DNA from: Lingula anatina
Taxonomy: Eukaryota; Animalia; Brachiopoda
Length of the DNA: 64,000 nucleotides
Assembly: GCA_051362555.1 (NCBI GenBank)
Contig: CM120641.1
Location: forward strand, 9,548,001 to 9,612,000
Reading direction: 5' to 3'
Below are positions 48,938-60,227 of this stretch, one piece after another (within the stretch, counting starts at the first letter, position 1; every line of letters begins with the position of its first letter). Both the position numbers and the translations under genes were made by a program. The notes beneath the pieces are model-generated. The model was not told the origin of the DNA, made no database searches, and worked only from the letters and a program-made list of their open reading frames with translations.

Positions 48938-50900
48938 AGGTCATCTATGAAAAAACGAATGAATTAATAAATATTTTACTTACACTGGACTTAATGTGAA
49001 AACGTCAGACCAAAAGTTGTAAGATCGACCCTGGCCAGGGTGGTGCGTTTTTGGTCGTAGTTTACTAGAGTATTTAACAGTTGAGTTAAGGTGATGCAGT
49101 TAAAATGCAAAACAAACTAATTTGTCAATAAAATTGTGAAAATTTCTTAATTAAGGGTTTTTCGACATTTATTCACATTTTTAAAGTACGTTTCCTAAAC
49201 GGTAGGATTTTTGCCTGAAAAAAAATATTATTATGTTATTCTTTGTTAATCGTCAATATTTTTTTTCAAAGCCTGAATATTTTCCATATTGGCAACAAAG
49301 TATTTTAAAAGTTTTTCATTATGAATGGGAAGCGCGACTTATGACGTGTATTGAATATGTAAACCGACGCTAGGATGTAAAATAAAGTGAGCCTATTAAC
49401 CGTTGGTAGAAATTTTACTTAAGAGCGATATTTGTCATTATTATCACTTTTCTTCGAGTTATGCTTAATTGAAAGGATATCTTGCGTGTTACTGGATAGT
49501 CGTTCGTAAATTTTCATACACACATTTTACCGTGTTGTAGGAGTAACTATTTACTGTGTTGGTTGGGGCGAATTCATAAGTCGCTTTTCATAATGATCGT
49601 GTTTTAACATTTTTAGCAAATTTGCAATTCTATTCAAACGTTTGTGCGTTAGAAAAGAGTGATTATTGGCTATAAACAAGTGACAACCTCGTGTTTATAT
49701 TCTATCTTTATTGACAGAGTGGTCACTTGTTTATCCACATTTTATTAAAGCGCCATTATTTAATTTTGGCAGGGTTTCTTTTTGTCCAATAATTCTCCCA
49801 CGAACATAGAGGGCCCTTGGTCGGTTATGAAAATATATCCCCGTCAACCCTTCTTTCTCTAGACCTTGCTACAGTTAACTTCGCCTTTCACGAAACGCGT
49901 TTGGTCATTCATAATAGCGAATTAATTGATTCTATACGTTTTTATTCTCACAAATCAATCGTTTTGACTTTTCCCTTCTCTCCGCGATTTTGTACCATGT
50001 TTTCCTTAGGTTATTGATCAGTTTGTGATTGCCATTGGGCCTATATATGGAACTTGATCCATACAATAATTTGATACACAACCTGCCACGAAGAATATGT
50101 TTTTAATCTAAGCAAGCTCCCCTTGGAAAAATTCTCAGGTTATTCATTTCCTCCTTTCATTTCACCCTGACGGTAGATTAAACGGAATTTGAAGCCGTCT
50201 TACTGAAATTCAATGGCCCCGTTCATGCTAAATGAGCGATAGCTAACGCGCGTTTTGTGTTTTGGTGTTGTCAAGGGCGCCCATTATTCGAACTCCAGCT
50301 TAATCAATGGTTGTGTTTGCATTGCTGTGGCCCGCTTGCTTATGTTAGGTCTACTGAAGGTTAGAGTTAGGTTTTGATAACTAGGACTCGCACATTCCAA
50401 AGAGTGGTTACAGTGCTGAGGAGACGTGTAGTCAGTGGACAGCAATATGTTTATCTAAATGTCTTCCACTGTCATCAAAGTTTAGGACAATGACAGCAAC
50501 TGTTTTAACTAGGACACGTATAACCTTGAAGTCAACTATAATGTAAAAAGGTATAGTCTATTTTTTTAGACGGATATTTCATTAGCAACTCGAGGAAACT
50601 TCAAACAGATCGTGTTTCACGTAAATCTCACGATTTTAGAATACTGACATAAGAAAAGCAATATTAGACGCAGAGTTGGAGAACTATATTCTACGGAAAC
50701 GAAACTGTGGAGGACGTCAATTTAAAAGCAATATACCCGAGCGGTTGTTTGACGTTGACAAATTTGCATAACATACCATCATAGAATCTTCGCCAGGCAA
50801 CGCTTAGGAGCACGATAAGGTTAATATCACAGTCAGACCTCCGAATGGTAAAACTATTAGTTAATATTCGCCACCGTGAGAGTAACTTTTCATTTTAAAT

Positions 50901-52376
50901 ATGAGTGACAGCTCAAGTAACAGTAGTAACGACAGCGGCTTGGATCAGGGAAGTGCGTCTAACTCTAAGTCGCTGTCAGACGAACAAGATGGAGCTGAAG
51001 TCGTCTTGTCAGAGATGAATGACACCTTCAAAAAGTCTAAAAGGGACCTGTTGATGCGATTTTTACAAGATCAAGAAACTCTGAACAAACGCTTCCAGGA
51101 GTTTGCTTTGAATAGTGACAGTGAAGGCGATAAAGACAATGATGTGAATATCTCGTCAACAGACACCAATCTCTGTCCGAGGAGGTTGTATGAGCTTCGT
51201 CGTAGCACGGACATCCTTCCAGAAAGACCGCCGCAACACCTACATAGACGGTCGAAAACATCGATGGACAACCCTGATGACAAACAGGACGGCAGGGTGC
51301 GTACTGCACTGTCCACCGCCAATGTTAGACGCAGGAGATATCGTATGAAATCTGTTGAATTTGAAAATAATGGAACCATGGATACACAAACAACGGCGAT
51401 CCAGTCAGCTGAAATTGCCGAAGAAACACCTCGCCAATCTGAAAAGAAGGTGCTTAGTAAAATCAGCATCCGCCCGAAATCCGCCATGGGCCCCAGAAGA
51501 CAGCCGGTGGTGGTGCCCACCGCAGAACCCATCGCCCCCCGCGCCCCCTCCACCACGTTTAACAGGTCGGCAGAACTCCGTGCCAAGAACAGTAGCGAAG
51601 TTCGGTATTCACCAGACGGACGGGAAAGTCCCGAGATGGTGGCGCCAGCCCGACCGTCATCTCCCATAGAAAGAATCCCACCGACAAGAAAACTGACTTG
51701 GCAAGAAGGGAACTCTATAGAAGAAAGTGAAGCTGTTGAACCAAAGGAAATCACAAATCAGCTTCAATCTTTGTCACTCGATGGAGTTACCACCATCGGC
51801 TCTCTCCAGAGTACAAGCTCAGGCGATTCTGAGGCTTCTCTATATTCAAGTGACAATAATGTTTCTACGGGCAATATTATGTACCAGTCTCAAACTATCC
51901 CAACGGAATTCTCTCCTGTTGCCCCAGAGAGGGAGTCCCAGCACCCTCTCAGGGAACGAGTAATGCGGACGAGAACCGCAGAGGATTCCAACCTCCACCG
52001 CGTTATAAAGTGGACTCCACATCACCGCAAAACAGACAGAAGAGGTCATCCAGCAGTGAGGAGATACATCTCTCTGGACGACACACAGAGTGCTATAGGG
52101 GTCCGAACAGTCCCAGCGATGGACGATGTCATCATTGATCCAAACATATACACCAAGTTTGCTTCTGAACGCTTCTCTAATTCCAACGCGGGGGCAATGC
52201 GAAAATCCCAAGGACTCTCCGACTTGAGTGGACTTAGGGGGAGGGGTCGCCCCATTAAGGTGCTCAAGCTCCCCCCTCTTGAACACTCTAAAGTGATCAA
52301 GAAAAACGTTCCAGCAGCTACCTCTCTGATTGGAGGACCTACTGGGGCCAGTTTTGCAGAATCTCTCGTTGGTTAG
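50901..52376 (+). CDS. Uncharacterised intronless Ser/Arg/Pro-rich, probably disordered protein, 491 aa
   Basis: 1476-nt uninterrupted ORF with higher GC than flanks, in-frame TAA upstream of the ATG (50883-50885), short N-terminal helical segment (LSEMNDTFKKSKRDLLMRFLQDQETLNKRFQEF), otherwise low complexity. No recognised domain. Confidence 0.8.
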   Translation: MSDSSSNSSNDSGLDQGSASNSKSLSDEQDGAEVVLSEMNDTFKKSKRDLLMRFLQDQETLNKRFQEFALNSDSEGDKDNDVNISSTDTNLCPRRLYELRRSTDILPERPPQHLHRRSKTSMDNPDDKQDGRVRTALSTANVRRRRYRMKSVEFENNGTMDTQTTAIQSAEIAEETPRQSEKKVLSKISIRPKSAMGPRRQPVVVPTAEPIAPRAPSTTFNRSAELRAKNSSEVRYSPDGRESPEMVAPARPSSPIERIPPTRKLTWQEGNSIEESEAVEPKEITNQLQSLSLDGVTTIGSLQSTSSGDSEASLYSSDNNVSTGNIMYQSQTIPTEFSPVAPERESQHPLRERVMRTRTAEDSNLHRVIKWTPHHRKTDRRGHPAVRRYISLDDTQSAIGVRTVPAMDDVIIDPNIYTKFASERFSNSNAGAMRKSQGLSDLSGLRGRGRPIKVLKLPPLEHSKVIKKNVPAATSLIGGPTGASFAESLVG

Positions 52377-55300
52377 GGCATGTGCTAGATTTTTATTTGA
52401 AAAAAAAAGCAAAAAACGTACACGATACAGTTGTGATATACCTTTAGAGTATAGATGAGCATTTTATGTACAGTAACTCTTGTAATGCCTTCAAGCGTAC
52501 ATGTATCTATATCTTAAGGTAGCGAACTACGTCATCACAGTTATTCTATTGATGTGCCTTAGCTTCACGTTTCACTCTTCAATCTGAAAATTTTCCTGCA
52601 AATATGATATATTTGCTTTTGTTTTGACAAAGTGTCAAAAGCATAGGCCAATGGGAAAACAATTAGTATTGTACCTTTAATGTTTACAAACGGTATTTGC
52701 TTTTATGTGATTTCATTGTTTAAAACTACTGCAACTGCCACTCCTAGGATCGACTTGCCAAAGGAATTTTAATGGTGCACTCTTTATCGATATAATAAGC
52801 TGTTTTTATATTATATTACGAAATTAATCCGTGTTAAATGTTCTCTTAAGTACTTTAACTATAAATTGAAATGCCTTTTCTTAGCACGAGTATTTATTTT
52901 GTAAAACCTGATAAGCTGCAAACGATTGACGCTACTCATAAATTACTGTACACATACTTTGCTATATTTGCCGAACAAGACAGAATAGAAACAAAATTGA
53001 TCCTGGCTTGAATGAAGCAAAGGCTATATTGACAAGTGTTGTTTGTTCGGACCAGTTTTCATTTTCTGTTCCTTTTTGTCCTATATTTGCTTAAATCATC
53101 CTTTGTTAATTCATTGTGGTTACAATATGCAACATAAGTGAGCTGGGACAGATTTATCTCGGTAAGCTGCCACGGCAACGTACAGGAACATGAAACAACC
53201 GAAAAGAATTTCGGTCTGATATATTTTTTACAATCGTAATTTACATATTCGACAATCACTGACCCTGTTTAAACTTTTGAGTTAAGTTATTATTTCTCAT
53301 ATAAAAACTATCTACAGGTATATACATACTGTAAGACAATTTTGATAAGCCTGTGCTTCATGATAATCATTTCAAGTGAAGGAAATTTGTGACCGATTAG
53401 TAATGGAATGTAATTTGATAGCGTTGTAAACGTACTGTCTGTGATTTGTTCAATTTATTACTACGACAAGTGCCACAAGCACTGCCTTTTTCCTTATTTT
53501 TCTTTTTTTTTTTGTATGTATGGCGTACTTTGTCCTTTGTAAGGATCAACTATATAGTAAAGGAGCATTTTATCGGTGCTGTACATTTTATACATTGCAA
53601 ACTGTATATTAAGAAAGAAAAATTAAAGTTCTTAAAGAAACAGATGGTCTTAATTATTTTTCCTTGTAAAATATCATTTAATAATATTTTGAAGAGGGGA
53701 GGGGCACTAGGGGGTACACGCGCACACGCACGCGCAGTGGCATTCTCTGTTGATTATCTTGAATGTACGATTTTTTACTTTTGTTATTTTAAAATACCAT
53801 TTAAGCCGTGTATTTGACAAATAAGTTTTTGCTTTACTTGTTAAAGAAATAATATCTATTAAAAAAGGAATATTTTCATTAAACAGCCGACCCTATTTTT
53901 GACATTTTTCTCTTTTATCAATTAATTTCACAAAGGCTTTGGTGTATATGACTATGAGGAGAGATAAGTTGATGTCATTTACAAGTAATACTACTGAGAC
54001 TTAAGACAGTGTTGAAGCCAAACCATTCTAAACGCATACAGCAGTTTGAGCGTGCACGCGCCCAAGGTACATTTAGTATCATTTACATATGTTATTATGT
54101 AGAGTTTCATAGACTCAGTGATGTATGAAATGCTTCTCTCAAAATTTACTTGAATAACTAAGTCGGCTACAATACGGCTTTTTCATTGTACTGGTTCGTA
54201 TTTGTGCTGGGGTTGTTTTGGGAGAAAGAGCCAATACAGATCATAAGATTTACATCGCTAATAATGTGCTATCGCGACTTAATTAACTTCCACGCAAACA
54301 ATCATGTGTGATTAAATATTAAATGATCGTTTTGAAGTAGACCCTCAAAGCTAGGCGCCGGCTAAGCAGTATTAACCACAGCTATGCATCGAATATTACC
54401 TGTTCTTCCAAAAGAATAAACATTATTGAAGTGATTTGCATATTTAATCACTCTCCGTTAATTAACTCAACGACTTCATTGAGTACAATACTGAGTACAG
54501 GTAGGTACGTGTTTGACTTAAAAGACGTCACTGGACCTAAATTTGGACGCAGAGCAGCTATTTTCCGAAATCTTACGTAGAAGCAGATCTATAGATTTTT
54601 CATTGCGATGCGCAAGAATAATAATTTTCTACCTCTCATTTTGTTTAAGTTCCATTAATTCCTAATGACTCTGGCGACTACTTTATTTCTATTAAACATT
54701 TGAATCGTGTATTTTTGTTCCGTCTATCGATTTTATACGTGTGAAAATGAGAGTTATTAATTTCATCCGATTACTTTACTGGTTTTCAGCTATTACCGGA
54801 GGCTATAACAATCGCTGATCTATTGACCGGTCCGACAGGTCTTTCACCCCGCCTAATAGCCACCGCCTCAACGGAGGCGATGAACAAAACAGGGACTTGG
54901 TTCTTTTTCTTCGATATTTCGTTGCCAACTGGCATTAGAAAGAGAGACCACTTGAACGCTGCAGGTCTTCCAGTAGATGTATATAGATATAGACACTTCT
55001 GTATGGGAACACGCAAACACTTTCTCTTTTATCTCTCTCTCACACAAATGCGTGCGCGGGGGGATGCACGCACACACGTGCTTGCGCGCGTGCACACACA
55101 CACACACACACTACAGGTTAACATTTAAGATTCCCATTGTCGTCTGATAAGAATTGCAGCGACTGATCACATAGTGGTCAAGTTTACAACGCATGTTAAT
55201 AAACAAGAAAACAATGGCCCTTGAGAGTATATCAATAACTGTTAGATAAAGAAATGGCATTGTTTCAAATGAAATTGATTTCATTCTGCCTGGAGTTATG

Positions 55301-58300
55301 TATTTAGAATTCGGGTGGATAAATGGGGTAAATAACCCGGGGGAAAAGTTCACATGAACGATCGCATGTTGTCACACAGATTACATTTCGTAGTCGAAAG
55401 CGGACACGCATTAGAAACATTCGACAACATGTTGTCTTGCGAAATACAAAAAAAAAAAATTAAGACATAAAGACATTTCAATTTCAATTAATAAGAAGGG
55501 AATGATGAATGCCAAACCGGATAGTTGCACCTTAACTTGTTTTTAACGAAAACTGTCGATATTTTTGATCAGGAAAACCCCGAGAGCCCTTTCAAGTGAT
55601 CGATAATTTTCTCTTTTAGATTAAACTGCCTCAGAGCCTTTCTTTTAACATGAGGCTCTTAGCAAGGCGGATAACAGGTTTAATACGGATAAACATTTGC
55701 CCGATTCTGTCGGACTAGGAGGCAAGATGGTACTTTGATTTTTTTTAATCAGTCATTGCAAGGGAATTTTTCTGTGTTAAAAAACGGCTTCATATAGGCC
55801 CTATGTCTCCACCTCTCTCCAACGTTTCGGCTTAGTGTTTTCCTTCATTCGGTTTTTAAAACTATCAATTTACAACATTAGATATAATTTCCGGAAAAAA
55901 TTATTCAACTTACAAGGGCGTCCCCGCTATTCTAGACTAGATTTTCGTCTGTAGGCTATTCAACACCGTCTATCATGCTTGGTAAGCATCATAAAATCAG
56001 CTTCTTTGATTGCTTAAAGTTGGTCCATTGCACTCTGCCATTCAAAATGGCAAAGATTCTATAAACGTAATGATCGCAAAGGTGAAGCTATTTTATGAAA
56101 ATAATATCGACAATATTTGTTGAATAAAAATATGGTATAATTATGATATGTTATTGTCATCAGGTTTCTGAGGACATGTAAACACAGACATTATCCTAAT
56201 TTCATGCGTAACCAGCCTGACCCGGGTTAAGCGGAATTGATCAGTCTTAGATGAACGGCAGAATGACAGCCTGTCAGCATGATCGATCTTGTCCGTCAAC
56301 CGTGAAACTTGTATTTTAGATATCGATTTGCTGCCTGCGTCTTGTTTTATTTTGTGTGTTGTATAACGATAGTTTTTTTCTTACATAAGTCTAAAAACAT
56401 TTCACTGTTTTTACATAAGTCCCAGTAAGATTTTTTTTTGCTTGTCAGATTGATTTTTATACGTCCTTGACAAGGACATGCTAACATAGCATTAAGGCAA
56501 ATTTAAAAGTAAATCGACCATATGCTAGAAGTTAATAAATACTTTAAGTTTTAAATATTTTCAAACTCGCCTTTTCGCTATGTTTTTTTTTCGCTATGAA
56601 GATGACTAAATGGCAATCAACTACTAATGTTCTCGTTTTTTCAATTAATTCATTATGAAAACCCTTGTCATAAAAAGTTAAATAACCATAAATCTATTAA
56701 TTAAGTAGCATTGGACACATCAACCCTGTGCGTCAGATCACTGACTATAACAGAACTCTATCAGCATACGCTCTTTAATGCTGATAATAAATGTCAGCGA
56801 AACTCAGAGTGATAACTATCTCGGTCTATTAGTATCATGTTACATTTTAAAGCATTATTTTAATGTGTTATGAGAAATTTTTATTTGACTTATTATAATT
56901 AATTGCAATTTGGGGTTTCCAGATGGTGTTCTCAATGTTTTAATCCAAGAACTTTCATTGCTTACATCAATGACGCTCGAGATAGTTTCCTCTTTCATTT
57001 TAAACCATCTGGTTTAGGTATGAGAGTTGCTAATACTTGAATTACTGTTTTGACACGTTGTTGCTTTTGTAGCGTCCAATTCAAATACAGACGTGGTAAA
57101 GCAAACAGACTTCAATCGTTAGAGAACTGACACTTGCACAATTAACCGCAATGATAAGAATAAGGAAAAAACGCTCATCATTTAATTATTATTTATCGTT
57201 AACTCGGAGGGTGCCAATAGCAATTGTTCTCCCTATGAAAAGCCTGATTGATTTACTAAGAAATCAACAGATGCTACGTGAAATCCGTATTGGCTAAAGT
57301 AGTGGACATCCAAATGCAGGATGCTAAATAAATAGAATAAATTCAACAAACTCACACATGACTTAAAAACGTGATATTTAATTGCTATGAATAATTAATT
57401 GGATTATTTTGAAGACAAATAAAAGTATAGCACATGTACTAATTGCAGTATTTAGCACCATTTTGAATTAGCGGTATAAAATCATTATCGTATACCGAAC
57501 AAGTATGAATTTTTAATGATATTAAAATAGTGCCTGGGCAGGGCATGAAAGCTTGGTCAATGAAGTCATATGCCTGGAGGTAAAACTGGTCTCTGGACTA
57601 TTATGATTTCTATTGTAGAAATTGTTTAACGTGTTTCAATCGTCCATCATTAATCTATCAGATTAATTCAATTTTTTGAAAATCCAATGCTGGCAGCTTG
57701 ACTTCTCCACATTCTAGAACATGACCTTCCGTATTTTAGTGATTCAAGACTTCTGTTGTATATTTTCATGTCTATAGATCTTTCAAGTCATTATACTTCC
57801 TAAAGCTACTTTCTCTCGGGGTGGTTGTAACCTTAAAATCTTTTGATTATTTGCCAGAATTGTTACCACACATGCTACAAATAAAAGTGGCATATCAGTG
57901 ATGTGACCCAAAGTCATTGCAACAATAGTGTCTTTGATTTTTTTGCCTTAAGGGTGTCATCACTATTTCATATAATATATCATGTTACCGTTAAAACTGA
58001 CTACCCTTTTAACATCAGTATCTCATAAATATCCCATACACATCTAAAAGACAACTTTTTACACTGTGTGTCAGTATCGCAAATCACCAACGAACCCAAT
58101 TGCCCCATGGTGGGGTGGGGGGTAAGTGTTGATGATTCAATAGACTGTAACCAAAGTGGTGTTTTTACAGTCGATCCTCCAACCAACCACGACTACAAAT
58201 TATTGGAGACAGATGATGTGGAAGAATGTGGTAAATCACGTACATCTTGTGTGACGTTTCATAATTCTTGCACACAAACAATATAAGTTAATTCAATTAA

Positions 58301-58729
58301 TTACCAAATAGAAATAAGCAATTAACGGTCTTTGATCATCCTTGTGCATCGTTGTAAGTCGTTTTGCCAAACTGAGAGGATCAATTAGGAGACCTCCTCT
58401 ACTTATTTATATGACAAAAATTTCGACTGAGTCTCAAAATTGGACAGGCTAGAAATAAGACTGACATATACACTATAACAACATATAAAAGTCACATTTT
58501 ATCGTTTATCTATAAAATTTGCTATGCAATTTAACTTAATCCATTCCTTAAATAACAAATACTGTACACAGTTTCTTAAATTTAAAGTTTAGCACATATA
58601 CTGATATATTAATACCAAAATTATAGAGAAAAAACACAACTAAACGACTCATATTTGCTACATTGTTGAACCAAAATAATTACTTGACATACAATGTAAA
58701 AATACACTTAGATAATTCGACCTCTTTTG

Positions 58730-59500
58730 TTACTGTGGGTCTATGAAATCCACTGGGGATTCACAACAATCACCAGCCGAGTCACCGTCATCTTCATCAG
58801 AGTCCGTAGGACATGGAGGAGTGACACTTGGCGGGGGTGCTGAGGGCCTATCGGGAACATTCTGATGTTCCAGCGGCGGTAGATGGTGTGTGAGGGCTGT
58901 TGCTCGTCGAACGGGATCGGATCTTGTCCTAGTCAGCCCTTTCTTACCATTTCCGTTAAGATTGTTTTTATCCTTTAGAGATCGTGATCTTGAGAGTCTA
59001 TTAGGCGAAATTGGTTCCAATGTCTGTGTTGATCGCGGGCTGACGTTTCCCAGTAACGGACTAGGTGTTCTTTTACGCACATTATTGTTTAAGTATAATT
59101 CCATCTCCTCGTCAATGTCATCATTGTTTGTAGGAAAAATTGCATGAGAACTGGGATGATTTGCCTCTGGATTCGTTTCTCCAATTCCCGGAAGAAGCGG
59201 CTTCTTTTTTAGCGCTAAGTCTGTCTTCTCCCGTGCCGGTAAACTTTGACAGTCTCTAACAAAACATAAGAATTGTTCCACGTCAGCCGTAGGCCGTTTC
59301 TGGCAAGCCTGACGGGCGTATTTGTCGTAGTTGTGTGGACCCTGTCCCGAAGACTTGACAGAGAGGGTGGGGGAAATGCTTTGGCTCATGCTGAATGTGA
59401 ACTGTCCTTTCCGTGCGCTGTCCCTCCCTATGACCAAGGGGTCTGTCGGCGTGGACGCTTCGGTCGCTTGCTTTCGGGAGACCTGACCAGGAAGCACCAT
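58730..59500 (-). CDS. Uncharacterised intronless Ser/Pro/Arg-rich protein, 256 aa
   Basis: 771-nt ORF with coding-like composition, in-frame TGA four codons upstream of the ATG, acidic C-terminus (PTDSDEDDGD), followed by AT-rich 3'UTR-like sequence. No recognised domain. Confidence 0.72.
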   Translation of the reverse strand: MVLPGQVSRKQATEASTPTDPLVIGRDSARKGQFTFSMSQSISPTLSVKSSGQGPHNYDKYARQACQKRPTADVEQFLCFVRDCQSLPAREKTDLALKKKPLLPGIGETNPEANHPSSHAIFPTNNDDIDEEMELYLNNNVRKRTPSPLLGNVSPRSTQTLEPISPNRLSRSRSLKDKNNLNGNGKKGLTRTRSDPVRRATALTHHLPPLEHQNVPDRPSAPPPSVTPPCPTDSDEDDGDSAGDCCESPVDFIDPQ

Positions 59501-59864
59501 GGATGCGTTTCAATCTTGGTTCATATTTTCATAAGGAAAAATTACCTTTTCCTCGTCCTGTCACCAACGGGGATCTGCAACGATAATTGCCACATGGCTG
59601 TATTTATTGGGGACTCGAGTCGCATTGATCAATGTACATTAGAACGGATCGATTGAAGGCCTGGCGTGGATATTAGTTGAGGGGATTACTTCTTAAGGTC
59701 TCTATTTGCTCAAGAGAATTGTCAATATGCATGTCAACGTATATACGTAACGCACGGAACTTCCACAAACTGTTTTTCCTCACTGTTATGACAATATTCT
59801 AGTGGAGATGTTTGTTTTTGCGTCAACGAACCGTGTTAATTTTTTGCGGTGACAAAAGGAAAGG

Positions 59865-59914
59865 CTTGACTAACGTAAATGTACAGAAAAAACTGGTACT
59901 TTACGTTAGTCAAG
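59865..59914. repeat. Inverted repeat forming a 50-nt hairpin
   Basis: CTTGACTAACGTAAA (59865-59879) is the exact reverse complement of TTTACGTTAGTCAAG (59900-59914). Inner GTAC/GTAC and AG/CT pairs extend the stem around an A-rich loop. Confidence 0.85.
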
Positions 59915-60175
59915 TAATCAGATACATAACTGAGTTGCATTAATCATTCACGCGACTTGGGGAGATACTGTCGGATAAGAAGCAATCGCTCATTTTCTGA
60001 TTAGTTCAAAATAGTATTCCCATACAGCGTTTTCACCTTTAAAGATACACTTTGAAGGGAAAAAAATTGGAGAGCATCACTTCGTAAAATTTATTCTAAT
60101 TATTACTGAATACTTTTTTCTTTTAGATTAAGCCTCAATATCTACATACAATTAAATCAACGCTTTAAAAGATCA

Positions 60176-60176
<1 letters not shown>

Positions 60177-60225
<49 letters not shown>
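60177..60225. repeat. Poly-A tract (about 49 nt)
   Basis: Homopolymer. No target-site duplication or SINE body recognised. Confidence 0.9.

Positions 60226-60227
<2 letters not shown>

Noticed and set aside
51037-52412. Antisense and alternative-frame ORFs (227, 188, 104, 90 aa)
   Set aside because: Shadows of the 491-aa ORF, with non-protein-like composition.
54786-55128. Overlapping ORFs of 76-101 aa and alternating purine-pyrimidine tract
   Set aside because: No homology recognised, and the frames run into (CA)/(CG) simple repeats.
58890-59656. Plus-strand ORFs of 85 and 127 aa
   Set aside because: Antisense shadows of the 256-aa ORF.
60177-60225. Poly-A tract as a retroposon tail
   Set aside because: No recognisable SINE/LINE body or target-site duplication; long homopolymers are common throughout the window.
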